Source: Balanoglossus misakiensis (lineage: Eukaryota > Animalia > Hemichordata). Taken from it: a stretch of 64,000 nucleotides of DNA. The position numbers and the translations under genes were made by a program. The stretch lies in assembly GCA_040954595.2 (NCBI GenBank), contig CM082583.2, positions 714,542-778,541 on the forward strand. The letters are read 5' to 3'. The notes below the pieces were generated by a model. The model searched no databases. It was not told where the DNA came from and saw only the letters and a program-made list of their open reading frames with translations. Of this stretch, positions 63,601 through 64,000 are shown piece after piece (positions within the stretch are counted from its first letter, which is position 1; the number at the start of each line of letters is the position of its first letter).

Positions 63601-64000
63601 AGGTATTTTTTGTAATTTTCAAAAATTTACCATTTTGACCAAATTGTGGCTAAAATTGTTATTTTCGTAATGAATGCCGCCAGTGTCACTGCTTTTAAAA
63701 GCCATAAAAACTTTTAACACACAAGCAATTGTTTATATATGATCAGGTCACCGAATTAAAAATATAAAGAATGTTTGGCCTAAAAATGACCTTTTTGGTG
63801 CAAAAACGAATAAAACGCAATCTTGTATTAAATCAGTTCATTCAGAGTGCATGTTTTATAATAAGCACCATTTTTACATATAATGGAAATTTCATACATC
63901 ATCAGATATCCAAATATGAAAAAATGATTTAGATTTTAGATGATTGTCCAAAATTAGCTGATATCTAATAAATGTAGTATTGAACCGTTCTGTCCCCCCC
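57663..64000 (+). repeat. Composite macrosatellite array, + orientation (about 3.3 units), continuing beyond the window
   Basis: Poly-C landmarks at ~58337, 60389, 61943, 63994; reverse complement of the preceding array. Confidence 0.97.

Overview
Eukaryotic, repeat-dominated window, probably from a marine invertebrate (inferred from the transposon repertoire). About two-thirds of the window lies within arrays of a ~2.05-kb composite macrosatellite. Each unit joins a GC-rich block of 81-bp subunits (A/B alternating, 162-bp dimers), a linker with a poly-G/C run, and an AT-rich block of about six diverged ~170-bp monomers. The satellite runs + at 1-2340, - at 21255-57658 and + again from 57663, with a fold-back-like inversion junction. 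Four elements interrupt the array. (1) A full-length RTEX-like LINE with a 13-bp TSD, whose ORF1 carries a 2A/StopGo motif behind a hydrophobic leader and whose ORF2 lies in the same frame behind a single TAA. (2) A decayed BEL/Pao LTR element lacking its 3' LTR. (3, 4) Two Helentron/HINE-like non-autonomous elements. The 19-kb island at 2341-21254 holds ~280-bp and 91-bp tandem repeats, L2/CR1 fragments, nested TTA-TSD MITEs carrying a SAP/HeH-like gene remnant, Kolobok-, Academ- and Crypton-like small elements, and two clean exons resembling ELAC2/RNase Z. All homology calls are by eye; no searches were run.
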